Assembly (NCBI GenBank): GCA_944390115.1
Contig: CALXOW010000011.1
Coordinates: 431 to 64,430 of the forward strand
Length of the DNA: 64,000 nt
Direction of reading: 5' to 3'
From: an uncultured Anaerobiospirillum sp.
Lineage (GTDB): Bacteria > Pseudomonadota > Gammaproteobacteria > Enterobacterales > Succinivibrionaceae
In this document: positions 17,740-26,032 of the stretch, piece after piece
Layout of the letters: each line of letters begins with the position of its first letter
Position numbering within the stretch: the stretch's first letter is position 1
Translations under genes and position numbers: made by a program
The notes under the pieces: model-generated
The model's database searches: none
What the model was told of the DNA's origin: nothing
The model's input: only the letters and a program-made list of their open reading frames with translations

Positions 17740-18942
17740 CTAACGATTAAAGTGGAGGTGGTCACGGGCGCGCTCATCAAGGTACGGCTGTACCACCGCG
17801 TTAAAGCGCGCTAAGCCATTAGAGGCAGCCAAGCGCTGCTGGGCCGCACTAACCTGCTCTGACCAGTCTTCATTGAGCAAGCGCTCTAAGGCGACCACCC
17901 ACGGCTCGATTTCCTCAAGAGACGGCAGCGACAGATAGTCGTTGCGGCAGTGCTCAGGTACCGGCAGATTAATGCTCGCGCCGCCCGCAGCCTCCGCCAG
18001 GCCCCCTGAGTTGGAAGCGAGCACTGGAATGCCGTTATAGACGGCTTCGCTCACCACGCGGCCCCACGACTCAAACCATAAGGACGGAGCCACTAACACG
18101 CGGGTCGCGGCGTAGATCGGCTTCATATTGGTGGTCGCCGGGGTCATATCGACGTTGACGAAGTCCTGCGGGCTGAGCGGATGGACATCGCGCTGGTCCT
18201 TTTCATGGAGGTATTGGACGTTCTCAGCGAAGTTGCCGCGCGAGTTGACCACCAAGAAGCGCACCTCCGGCAGGCGGCTTTGGCACACCAAGGTCAGGCG
18301 CGCCAAAATCGCCAACCCCTTTTCAAAGCTTGGGTTGATCATGGTGACGTACTTAGGGTGGCGCTTTTTGGCGACAAAGCGCTCGGGAACAAAGAAGGCC
18401 CCGATCGGGAGGGCGCGGATGCGGTCACGCTTAAAGTAGAGGTCAGCGGTGGCCTGCGAGTCCGTTAAGAGCAGGTCGACATCAGGAAAGGAGAAGCTGC
18501 CGTGGTTGCCGTTTAACACCGGATAGATGGTGGTGATGCCCCGGCGCTTGGCCTCAGCAAAGCAGGTCATAGTGAGCATGCTGGTGCCAAAGGCCATACA
18601 TAAATCAGGGGCAAAGCGGTCTAACACCTCGCGCAGCAAGGTAAAGAAGACCTCTTGCTCAGCGGCACTTTGCTCGCCCTCAAAGGTCGAGTGGCAACGC
18701 TGGTAGATATAGTGGATGCCGTTATCGTTGAGCTCAAAAATCGGCTTAGCGCTCACGGCCAATTTGTCTTGGGCCTGGGTGAAGAGCTGGGCGCCGCTAG
18801 GCATATCGAAGATAAAGGACGATAAGGCCCAGACCTCATAGCCTTGGGCGACCAAAGCTTCCAAGAGATATTTGCAATTGATGGAGGCCCCCGATGAGAT
18901 ATCGTGCAGACTGTAGGGCGACATCCAAAGTATCTTAGGCAT
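17740..18942 (-). CDS. GT-B (GT4-like) glycosyltransferase paralog 1 (first in the operon)
   Basis: MPKILWMSPYSLHDISSGAS; FESWGRVVSEAVYNGIPVLASNSGGLAEA. An alternative ATG lies at 18951. Confidence 0.8.
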   Translation of the reverse strand: MPKILWMSPYSLHDISSGASINCKYLLEALVAQGYEVWALSSFIFDMPSGAQLFTQAQDKLAVSAKPIFELNDNGIHYIYQRCHSTFEGEQSAAEQEVFFTLLREVLDRFAPDLCMAFGTSMLTMTCFAEAKRRGITTIYPVLNGNHGSFSFPDVDLLLTDSQATADLYFKRDRIRALPIGAFFVPERFVAKKRHPKYVTMINPSFEKGLAILARLTLVCQSRLPEVRFLVVNSRGNFAENVQYLHEKDQRDVHPLSPQDFVNVDMTPATTNMKPIYAATRVLVAPSLWFESWGRVVSEAVYNGIPVLASNSGGLAEAAGGASINLPVPEHCRNDYLSLPSLEEIEPWVVALERLLNEDWSEQVSAAQQRLAASNGLARFNAVVQPYLDERARDHLHFNR

Positions 18943-19167
18943 CTGAGCCATCCTGTTAGATCAAAACCACAAGCGCATCGAGCTTCCAGCGCGTAAGCAA
19001 CCCAAACTATAGACCGCTAAGCTTAGCGCAAGCACAGCAAGCCAAGCCAGCTTAGCAAGTCAAACGCAAGTTCAGCCCGCCAACCGGCGTGTAATTAATC
19101 GCAAGCATTGTAGCAAAGATCTCAGGCCTAGTCTGACCGCGCCATCCTCAGCACGCTCAACCCAAAC

Positions 19168-19356
19168 CTATTCCTCATAATCATCGTCGTCACGCCACGA
19201 GGCGGGCAGCACGAGATGGCCATTGCGCATTTTGGCCTCCACAATGAGCGGATGGTCGTGATGAAAAATCCGGTGCTTGCCCGGCGCTTGAGCAGCGGTG
19301 GGCTCTAAAGTAACGCTGTCTGGGGCCTGATCAAACGTATGTGGATTCTGTTTCAT
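19168..19356 (-). CDS. Small hypothetical protein (62 aa) with acidic DDDDYEE C-terminus
   Basis: GGAG lies 6 nt upstream of the ATG at 19356 (MKQNPHTFDQ...). I recognise no family. Confidence 0.4.
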   Translation of the reverse strand: MKQNPHTFDQAPDSVTLEPTAAQAPGKHRIFHHDHPLIVEAKMRNGHLVLPASWRDDDDYEE

Positions 19357-20329
19357 ATTCTTCTCCATTGTCAGCGCACTACGTGCGCTTTCTCTAGCGC
19401 GAAAAAAAAATCGCGCCACTCACTGCCCCCAAATTTTACGGCACCTGGCGTGGCGATAGTTCACTCTGCGGCGGCGCACCGTGCCCCATATGGAGCAAGT
19501 ACGGCCCGTAGTGGGGGCCAGCGCAACTTGTGCCCGTGCACATTGCACATCGCGCGATCGACCAAGATCACGGGGCCCAGCAGGGGCTAAACAGGGGCTC
19601 AGAGCTGCCGCAGTTCACAAAATTAACTGACCGCAATCAGGCGTCTCCTAGCGTTTAAAGCGGTGCCCGGCGCGGCGCGCGGGGCTTTAGGATCGGAGCA
19701 CCTCGCAAATCAGGTCAGCGCGAGCGCGCTCTAATTTTTTTTAAATTTGTGGTCATGGGCACACTTAGGGCAGTTTGACTCAAAATTTAAGTATCGCACT
19801 TGTCCGAACACAGGGCAAAAGCGCTTATCTATCAGAAGATAAAACATGCCAATTATCGCCCTCGGTAGCTAGGCGCGACGTTGGAGCGCTCGGACTCAAG
19901 CGCGGCGCGCTCGTGTGTCGCGCACGAACGACGGCACAATGGGGCAGCAAGCGTAATTTTGTGCCCATGCCCCGCACCGGCCCTTGGCTTATTTATCGTG
20001 AAAATTATGAGTTGCGCGCATGCTTTCGCAAGTTGCGGATTTTTGCGGTGCAACAAGGCCGCAACCTCCGCACGATCCTCGTATCTTGGCCCAATCAGGC
20101 TCAGGCCTTAGTTGGCCTAGCCTGACTAGATGTACGAATTAACGTGACTGAGCCGCCTAGTTGACCTGTCCGCCTAAGTTGTTTTTGGTATCTATAATGA
20201 TTTGCATCCCCACAATGTCCTAATTAGTGGGGCTAAAGTGGCTCAGAAACGGTCTGAGCAAAATCAGTCGATCTGAGCAATCTCAGGAGAGAAGAGCAGC
20301 TAATCTGGTGCTGCTTTTGAGAGGATTGG

Positions 20330-22648
20330 ATGGCAAAAGAGAAGCCAAAACCTCAGGAGGCGTCGGGCGGCAAGCTCAGCTTGCTGCCGATCTGTACCGA
20401 CTTAGAGGATCCCTGTTCTATGGCCTGGACCCAAGGCTTAAGTCGGATGGAGCAACGTAACTTAGCCCTCAAGGCCTTAAGCCCCAAGGACCAATTTGAG
20501 CTCTTGGTGGCCTTAAGCGCGGGATTAAGTCATTGGCGTTGTGCCCAATTGGTCAAATGCAGTCCCCGCACCGTGACCATGTACGTCGAGTACTGCAATG
20601 AAACGATGGCCGGAGGCTTATTAGCCCAAGGCGTGAGTCTGCAAGAAAGCGAAACGGTCGCCAGTGCCTGCGACCTCTTTGAGCTCTTGGTGCAGCATAT
20701 CTTTGAGCTGGGGCCTCGCTCGAGCACGAGTGGCGTCAGTTACATCTTAGCCCAAGAACTCCACACCATGGCCAAGACGCCGCCGCCCTGCGCAGCTACG
20801 CCCAGCATAGCAGCCCGCTGTGACGTGCGCCGGGACCTAAGTTATGACGCCCGCTTGGACGTCAGCTCTGCCGCTCCCACAGGAAAGTTAGCAAGAACCA
20901 ACTCAGTCCTCCACCAGGGTAACGATCTAGGACAGAGGACTAAGCTGGAAGATCAGCAGCCCCTAAAGCAAACTGACCATAGGGCTATTATGCCCCAGCT
21001 GGATACCGTCGGCGCAAGATGTGACATGATTGTGCGCGCAAGCTCACATGATACGCAGCCTTTTATTACTAACCGTATACAGTTGACTTACGACCGGCAG
21101 AAAGATACCCGTATACAGCCGAACTCAGCGCCAGAACTGGCTGATAATGGGGCTTGCGCCAACCACTCCAGTGCTAACTCTTCCCCTGAAAAGGTCGCGG
21201 ATAGGCCGATCTGTATACAGGAAAAGGCCGCCAGGCCGCATGGGGACGCCATTTCTGACCCAAATGACGCGGAACCTCAGGCGGAATTTGAGGTTATCAA
21301 TTACAAATTAATTGGGGCTCCGGTCGGGTTAGAAGGCATCGTGCACTGGGCGGTCCAAGTTACCGCTTCAGCGGGCTTTGACGGCGCTTCGTGTACCGAA
21401 AATCCCGCCCCAGCGCGCTTTCCGTGTACCGGCAGCCCGTGCCTCGACCTCAATCCGTGTACCGGTGGCCCGGTCCTAGCCCCCAGTCCGTGTACCTGTA
21501 ATCAGGCCGCATGGGTGGAACCGTGTACCGGCAACCAGGAGTCAGAGCGCTATCCGTGTACCTGGAACTTAGCGCTAAGTCTGGATCCGTGTACCGAATT
21601 TGCGGCACCGTGCCTTAATCCGTGTACCGACTTTGCGGCGCCTGAGCCTAATCCGTGTACCGACTTTGCGGCATCGCGCGCTAATCCGTGTACCGATTTT
21701 GCGGCGCCGCGCCCTAATCCGTGTACCGAGAGCCCGGCCATCAGCGTGAGAGCGTGTACCAACCTTGAGAGGCCCAAGCTCGATTCTGACGCCATTCCCC
21801 GCACGATGGGCCTGACCTCCCGTGCCGTTAAAACGGACTTAGATCACGTTTTGGCTAAAACCTGTATACAGGGGCTCCACCCCGAACCCATAGATTATGG
21901 GCTTGAGGGGGCGGATTCGTGGAACTCTGTTTTGGTACCTGGCTGTTTAGTAATTGATTTACTAAACAAACAGATACCACAGACCGTAAGCTCTGGGGCT
22001 GGGACCGAAGAGAGTCGCCTTCGTAACCTCCAGCGCCTACTCTGGGACTATTGGTTGCGCCACCACGGCCAAATCAAGCGCTATTTGCAGCAGTTACAGG
22101 AAGGGGGCGTGCAGGGGCTTTTGATGGTGCCCAGCAACTTCAAGCGCCAAGCGTCGCTGGCGGCCTATCATGAGCACGCGCAGCGCTGCCAAGCCCAAGC
22201 TGAGCTCAGTGAGACCTTAGGAAGCACGGCGCAAGCCTTTGCCCACTTAAGTCCGGTGCTGCAACAGGGTGTGGTGTGGGAGCTCTTGCTCTCGCAATGG
22301 TACGAAGGTGTGGTCCGTTACTTAGGCCCCAGCCTCAGCCTGCGCCTTGATAAGGTGCGCAGCTTAAGGCGGGTGCGCGCTGACAATATGGCTAAGCTCA
22401 AGCAAGCTCTGACTCAGCGTCGCCCAACGCTGAGCCTAGCAGCAGAGGAACAAGGCTGCTTTGAGCCCGAGCTCAAGGAGCTCGACCACAAGCCGTCGTA
22501 TCGCGGCTTTATGGCGCATCACCAGCCGAGGCCATTGCTTGATGATCTGCGCTGGGAGCGCCCGTCGCATAAGCTCAACAGCGCGCTCAAGCAGTTTATG
22601 CGCGATCCGTCCTGTCGGCGCTATCGGGCGGGCCTTAACGCCTCATAG
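20330..22648 (+). CDS. Hypothetical 772-aa protein: N-terminal helix-turn-helix-like segment, central 12 x 11-aa xPCTxxxxxxx repeat, unknown C-terminal domain
   Basis: GAGAGGA lies upstream of the ATG. LSAGLSHWRCAQLVKCSPRTVTMYVEY looks like a transposase- or terminase-type HTH. The 2.3-kb ORF is open, and the repeats are described separately. Confidence 0.65.
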   Translation: MAKEKPKPQEASGGKLSLLPICTDLEDPCSMAWTQGLSRMEQRNLALKALSPKDQFELLVALSAGLSHWRCAQLVKCSPRTVTMYVEYCNETMAGGLLAQGVSLQESETVASACDLFELLVQHIFELGPRSSTSGVSYILAQELHTMAKTPPPCAATPSIAARCDVRRDLSYDARLDVSSAAPTGKLARTNSVLHQGNDLGQRTKLEDQQPLKQTDHRAIMPQLDTVGARCDMIVRASSHDTQPFITNRIQLTYDRQKDTRIQPNSAPELADNGACANHSSANSSPEKVADRPICIQEKAARPHGDAISDPNDAEPQAEFEVINYKLIGAPVGLEGIVHWAVQVTASAGFDGASCTENPAPARFPCTGSPCLDLNPCTGGPVLAPSPCTCNQAAWVEPCTGNQESERYPCTWNLALSLDPCTEFAAPCLNPCTDFAAPEPNPCTDFAASRANPCTDFAAPRPNPCTESPAISVRACTNLERPKLDSDAIPRTMGLTSRAVKTDLDHVLAKTCIQGLHPEPIDYGLEGADSWNSVLVPGCLVIDLLNKQIPQTVSSGAGTEESRLRNLQRLLWDYWLRHHGQIKRYLQQLQEGGVQGLLMVPSNFKRQASLAAYHEHAQRCQAQAELSETLGSTAQAFAHLSPVLQQGVVWELLLSQWYEGVVRYLGPSLSLRLDKVRSLRRVRADNMAKLKQALTQRRPTLSLAAEEQGCFEPELKELDHKPSYRGFMAHHQPRPLLDDLRWERPSHKLNSALKQFMRDPSCRRYRAGLNAS
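21073..21118. repeat. Two copies of CCGTATACAG, 36 bp apart
   Basis: Copies at 21073-21082 and 21109-21118. Both contain the GTATAC palindrome, and CCGTATAC is one mismatch from the CCGTGTAC array core. Confidence 0.7.
21211..21220. repeat. Perfect 10-bp palindrome CTGTATACAG
   Basis: Seen directly; the same 10-mer recurs at 21862-21871. Confidence 0.7.
21390..21760. repeat. Twelve copies of the invariant octamer CGTGTACC at exactly 33-bp spacing (iteron-like array inside the CDS)
   Basis: GTGTACC starts at 21391, 21424, 21457, 21490, 21523, 21556, 21589, 21622, 21655, 21688, 21721 and 21754. Ten copies read CCGTGTACC; the first reads TCG.. and the last GCG... The spacers range from near-identical (last four units) to unrelated. 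Confidence 0.9.
21862..21871. repeat. Perfect 10-bp palindrome CTGTATACAG (second copy)
   Basis: Seen directly, about 100 bp after the last array unit. Confidence 0.7.
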
Positions 22649-22721
22649 CAGCAAAAAAAAAACGGTGCCACTAACGGCAGGGCCGCAGCCTCAGGCTGCG
22701 GCTCTGGCGTCAGCTGCGCTG

Positions 22722-23396
22722 TTAGGCCTTGAGCCAATCGGCCGGGAACATGGCGGTGAGGAAGCCAGCCCACAGGTCGCTGGTTATGATATCGAAATGC
22801 TCAAATTCCTCATCCCACATCGGCGTGGTGCGCATATGCGCGCTCCAAGGACGGCCATCGGAGGTGCGGAAGATCACCATATAGGCTACGTAGAAGCGGT
22901 GGAACCAGACCTGAGCCTCATCACTGGGCTCTAAGACCTTAAGGCCATGCTCAGGGACGACTTCCGTGCTGGAGCCGATCATGAGCTCACGCACGTGGCG
23001 GTAGAAGAAATCGAGCAAGCCGTAGCCCACAAAAAGACGATAGGTCTCAGCATCCATGGACTGGGACTGCTCAGGCAGCAGCATAAAGTTAAGGCAAGCA
23101 AGGCAGCGCTTATACAGGTCCGGCGGGAGCACGCCGATGGCGGTGCGGAAGTTCTTAAAGCGCTGATAGCAGACTGGATCGAGGTTTTTGAGTTTCTTAA
23201 AGTAGCGGCGCAGCTCTTGGTTGCGCTTAGGCTCCACCGTGAAGTCAAATTTAGCGGCATCGGCCTCAATAAAGCCCTTATGGGCGGCCCAAAAGGCCTG
23301 ATAATTTTGCGGCTCATGGCAGCGCGCAATGAAGGCCTGCTATTGCGGCTGTGTTTCCATTATGGGAGATTGCTTAATCTCGCTGAACAAGCTCAT
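22722..23396 (-). pseudogene. Paralog 5 of the unrecognised FKKIK-DP family, interrupted by an in-frame TAG at codon 19
   Basis: GAGGAG lies 6 nt upstream of the ATG at 23396. The frame reads MSLFSEIKQSPIMETQPQ-TAG(23340-23342)-QAFIARCHEPQNYQAFWAAHKGF...EPKRNQELRRYFKKLKNLDPVCY. Family similarity continues upstream of the track's GTG start at 23237. Confidence 0.6.
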
Positions 23397-23628
23397 GGCA
23401 GCTCCTCAAAAAAAAAATAAGAAGGCAAAGACGGTAACCCCCAGAGCGGCTGGGCAGCAGTGTGGGCATAAGCCCTACGCACCCAGCAGGTCAAGGCCGG
23501 GCTTGGTCTCACTGCTTGGGCCCCCAGGCTTCAGCACTAAGTTAATGTTGAAGCCTGGCGCGAGGGGGTAAGCCCCAAACCAGACAGGCTTATTGTGGGG
23601 CTCTTGACTGGATTGGGCTCAGCACTTG

Positions 23629-24327
23629 TTAGGACTGAGCGGCCTGAGCGGAGCGCTCGCGCAGTAAGAAGTGGAGATTGCGCAGGCGCACGTCGAAGTT
23701 GAGCTTAGTGCGCTCGATGCTTTGCTGGCTGCGTGCGTCACCTGTAAAGAAGGAGGCTAAGTTCTCTGTCCAAGTCTTGCCCTCATCGTTGTGAAGCAAG
23801 CACAGATAGGCGATGGCACCGCGCTTGAGCCAGGCTTCCTGAGCGGCAGAGAGGGGCTTGGCCACGAGATAGTCGAAGTTATAGTCCTCAGGCATCAGGT
23901 GCTCATCCTCAATCTGACCAAACAGGTCTTGGACAATCAAGGTGCAGCAGCGTGCCCGCAACGCCGCTGATGGCGTCAGGCTTTTATCTTCGGCTATGAT
24001 TTGGTCGAACGGTGCGCCTAAGAGCTCTTCGGAGAAGACCTTTGGGTCAATGAGGCCAATGCCGGTGCGAAATGGTAGCAGCTCACGGTAGAGCACTGGG
24101 TCAAAGGCCTTGATTTTCTTAAACCAACGGCGCACTGCGTGGGCCTGCTTGCGCGGCACCAAGATATCGAACTGTTGGCCATCGTGCTCCAAGAAATCGC
24201 GGTAGGAGGCCATGAGTTCGGCATAGGCCTGAGGCTCACGCAAGGCATCGACGTAGCTTGCGGCCGCATCCCAGCCGTCCTGCTTGTCGAGCTCGTCTTG
24301 CGCAATGATGAAGTTGGTGTTGGTCAC
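23629..24327 (-). CDS. Paralog 4 of the FKKIK-DP family (233 aa)
   Basis: The start is re-set to the GTG at 24327 (GGAGGA 7 nt upstream), because the longer track ORF overlaps the upstream gene. Motif: VPRKQAHAVRRWFKKIKAFDPVLYRELLPFRTGIGLID. Confidence 0.65.
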   Translation of the reverse strand: MTNTNFIIAQDELDKQDGWDAAASYVDALREPQAYAELMASYRDFLEHDGQQFDILVPRKQAHAVRRWFKKIKAFDPVLYRELLPFRTGIGLIDPKVFSEELLGAPFDQIIAEDKSLTPSAALRARCCTLIVQDLFGQIEDEHLMPEDYNFDYLVAKPLSAAQEAWLKRGAIAYLCLLHNDEGKTWTENLASFFTGDARSQQSIERTKLNFDVRLRNLHFLLRERSAQAAQS

Positions 24328-24380
24328 GGCAAATCCTCCAAAAGAAATGGAAATCAGTCTGGGCGCTCCTGCGTGCGCTT

Positions 24381-25037
24381 TTAGGCTTTGCTCAAGGAAG
24401 ATAATACGTTGATGGCCTCTAGCTGAGCGGCGGCAAGGAACCAGTTTCGGTCCAAGCCAATTTTCGGGTGCTCCTCTTCCTCTTCTACTGCGAGACTCCA
24501 ATGAGCGGGATCGCAATCTGCAAGCAACGGGAGATAGGCATTGGCAAAGCAGCGTGTCCAGTAAAGTACCTGCGGATTTTGCAACAATTGGAGTAGATTG
24601 CTTGGGTCGCGCTCAATTTTGCCTTTAAACAATTCCAGCATATATTTTTGGTAGGAGCTTTGGAACGGTTCCAATATGACCAAGAAGATCAGAGCATGAG
24701 CGGCGCTAGCTGTGATGAGACCTGCCTTGAGCCCATCACGTACGTCCTTTAGACCTTTAAGGATGTAATCGCGTAAGGACTCATCAAGCAATCCAACAGC
24801 GGTACGCATTGACTTCAGCAGCTTGAATGCCGGCGGGTCGATCTCTTTGATCAATTTGAAGATGCGTTTGACCTGGATGATGTCCGCAGCTGCGACCTTT
24901 CTCTCAAATTGGGCGGCATCTTCCTGGAAGAAGGCCAAGCATTTAGCTCTACGCTCTGCAAAATCAGGGGCATTTAGGGTTTGCTGCACGAGGTCTTGGA
25001 AGTCGGTAGCGGAATCTTGATTCTGGAGATCTGTCAT
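24381..25037 (-). CDS. Paralog 3 of the FKKIK-DP family (218 aa)
   Basis: Motif: AAADIIQVKRIFKLIKEIDPPAFKLLKSMRTAVGLLD. Confidence 0.65.
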   Translation of the reverse strand: MTDLQNQDSATDFQDLVQQTLNAPDFAERRAKCLAFFQEDAAQFERKVAAADIIQVKRIFKLIKEIDPPAFKLLKSMRTAVGLLDESLRDYILKGLKDVRDGLKAGLITASAAHALIFLVILEPFQSSYQKYMLELFKGKIERDPSNLLQLLQNPQVLYWTRCFANAYLPLLADCDPAHWSLAVEEEEEHPKIGLDRNWFLAAAQLEAINVLSSLSKA

Positions 25038-25053
25038 GGTGTTTGGCCTAGTC

Positions 25054-25758
25054 TTAAGCTGAGAATTGTTGGCGGCGCGTCAGCGTCGCTTGGATAGTGG
25101 GGCGGCAGGAGCCGCACGCCCAAAACATTCTGTCCAGGAGCCGGATGTTCGCGGGGCACTTCGGGTCGATTAGCTGTGCGCGGTCCGCAGTTGGTCCGTG
25201 CAAGAGGTCATTGTAGGCGATGTAGAAGCGCAAAAGCCAAAGGCAGGCCTTATCGTCGCGCGCCAGGCGCTGCACCAAGGCTAAGGGAAAGAGGTTGCTG
25301 TGGTTACGCTGCTCTGGTACCTCAAATTCCATGATTTGATTGTAGAGGGCGCTCACCAGCTGATAGGAGATTACGTGGTGCACGTGGCGCGCGTAGTCAG
25401 GATCCTCCTGGGGCCGCTCATGGGCTTTGGGTGCGGCCTGAAGGCGACTGGTCAGCTCAGGAAAGCTGGCTGCAAACCAGCGCTCATCGATGAGCCCTAA
25501 GGCGCACTGAAAGCGGTGCAGCTCTTGGTACAGGGCTGGGTCATAGCGCTCGAGCGCCACCATAAAGGTCGTGACTTGCTCTTGGCGCTTGGGCGGCACC
25601 TCGCGGTAAAAGCGCGCTTCCTCTTGCTGCAAAAAGGCTTGGTCGGCCTGCTGCCACTTCTGGCGGGCGCGCGGGCTATCCTGGCGGCGCGAGTAGCGGC
25701 TCGCTTGCAGGCCTCGTATGCCGCTTAAGCCACGTTGGAAGAGAGCCCAAATCAGCAA
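25054..25758 (-). CDS. Paralog 2 of the FKKIK-DP family (234 aa, TTG start)
   Basis: GAGGAAG lies 6 nt upstream of the TTG at 25758. A diverged motif reads VPPKRQEQVTTFMVALERYDPALYQELHRFQCALGLID. Confidence 0.6.
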   Translation of the reverse strand: MLIWALFQRGLSGIRGLQASRYSRRQDSPRARQKWQQADQAFLQQEEARFYREVPPKRQEQVTTFMVALERYDPALYQELHRFQCALGLIDERWFAASFPELTSRLQAAPKAHERPQEDPDYARHVHHVISYQLVSALYNQIMEFEVPEQRNHSNLFPLALVQRLARDDKACLWLLRFYIAYNDLLHGPTADRAQLIDPKCPANIRLLDRMFWACGSCRPTIQATLTRRQQFSA

Positions 25759-26032
25759 GATTAACTTCCTCTGCTAAGGTGAGAGTTCGGTTGGACGGCC
25801 CACTGGTTACGCCGTTAACGCTGGAGCACTACTATCGCCGTAGTGCTGCTAACTTGGTAGCGCTCAAGGCCCCACCTTTCTGGCGGACGGCCGCTTTCAG
25901 GCAGCCTATTGCTTGAGGCCCGCATGCTGGCCTAGCTTGTGGTGCCGTGCCATCTGCCTGCACTCAGCGCGCTGTGACGCCTAGACTTATGGCGCGCCGC
26001 TGAGCCTAAAGGCGGCCTCAGCGTTGGGACCT

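Noticed and set aside
19775-20125. ORFs of 116, 76 and 67 aa in the 19.4-20.3 kb gap
   Set aside because: They overlap each other in different frames, have no RBS, and show Arg/Cys-rich non-protein-like composition.
20161-20198. TTGACC ... TATAAT as a promoter for the 772-aa gene
   Set aside because: The two hexamers are 26 nt apart, far from the 16-18 nt optimum, and I could not find a properly spaced -35 element.
21390-21760. Regularly spaced repeats as a CRISPR array
   Set aside because: The conserved unit is only 8-9 bp, the period is 33 bp, the array lies inside a long open reading frame, and there are no cas genes or leader. It is not a CRISPR.
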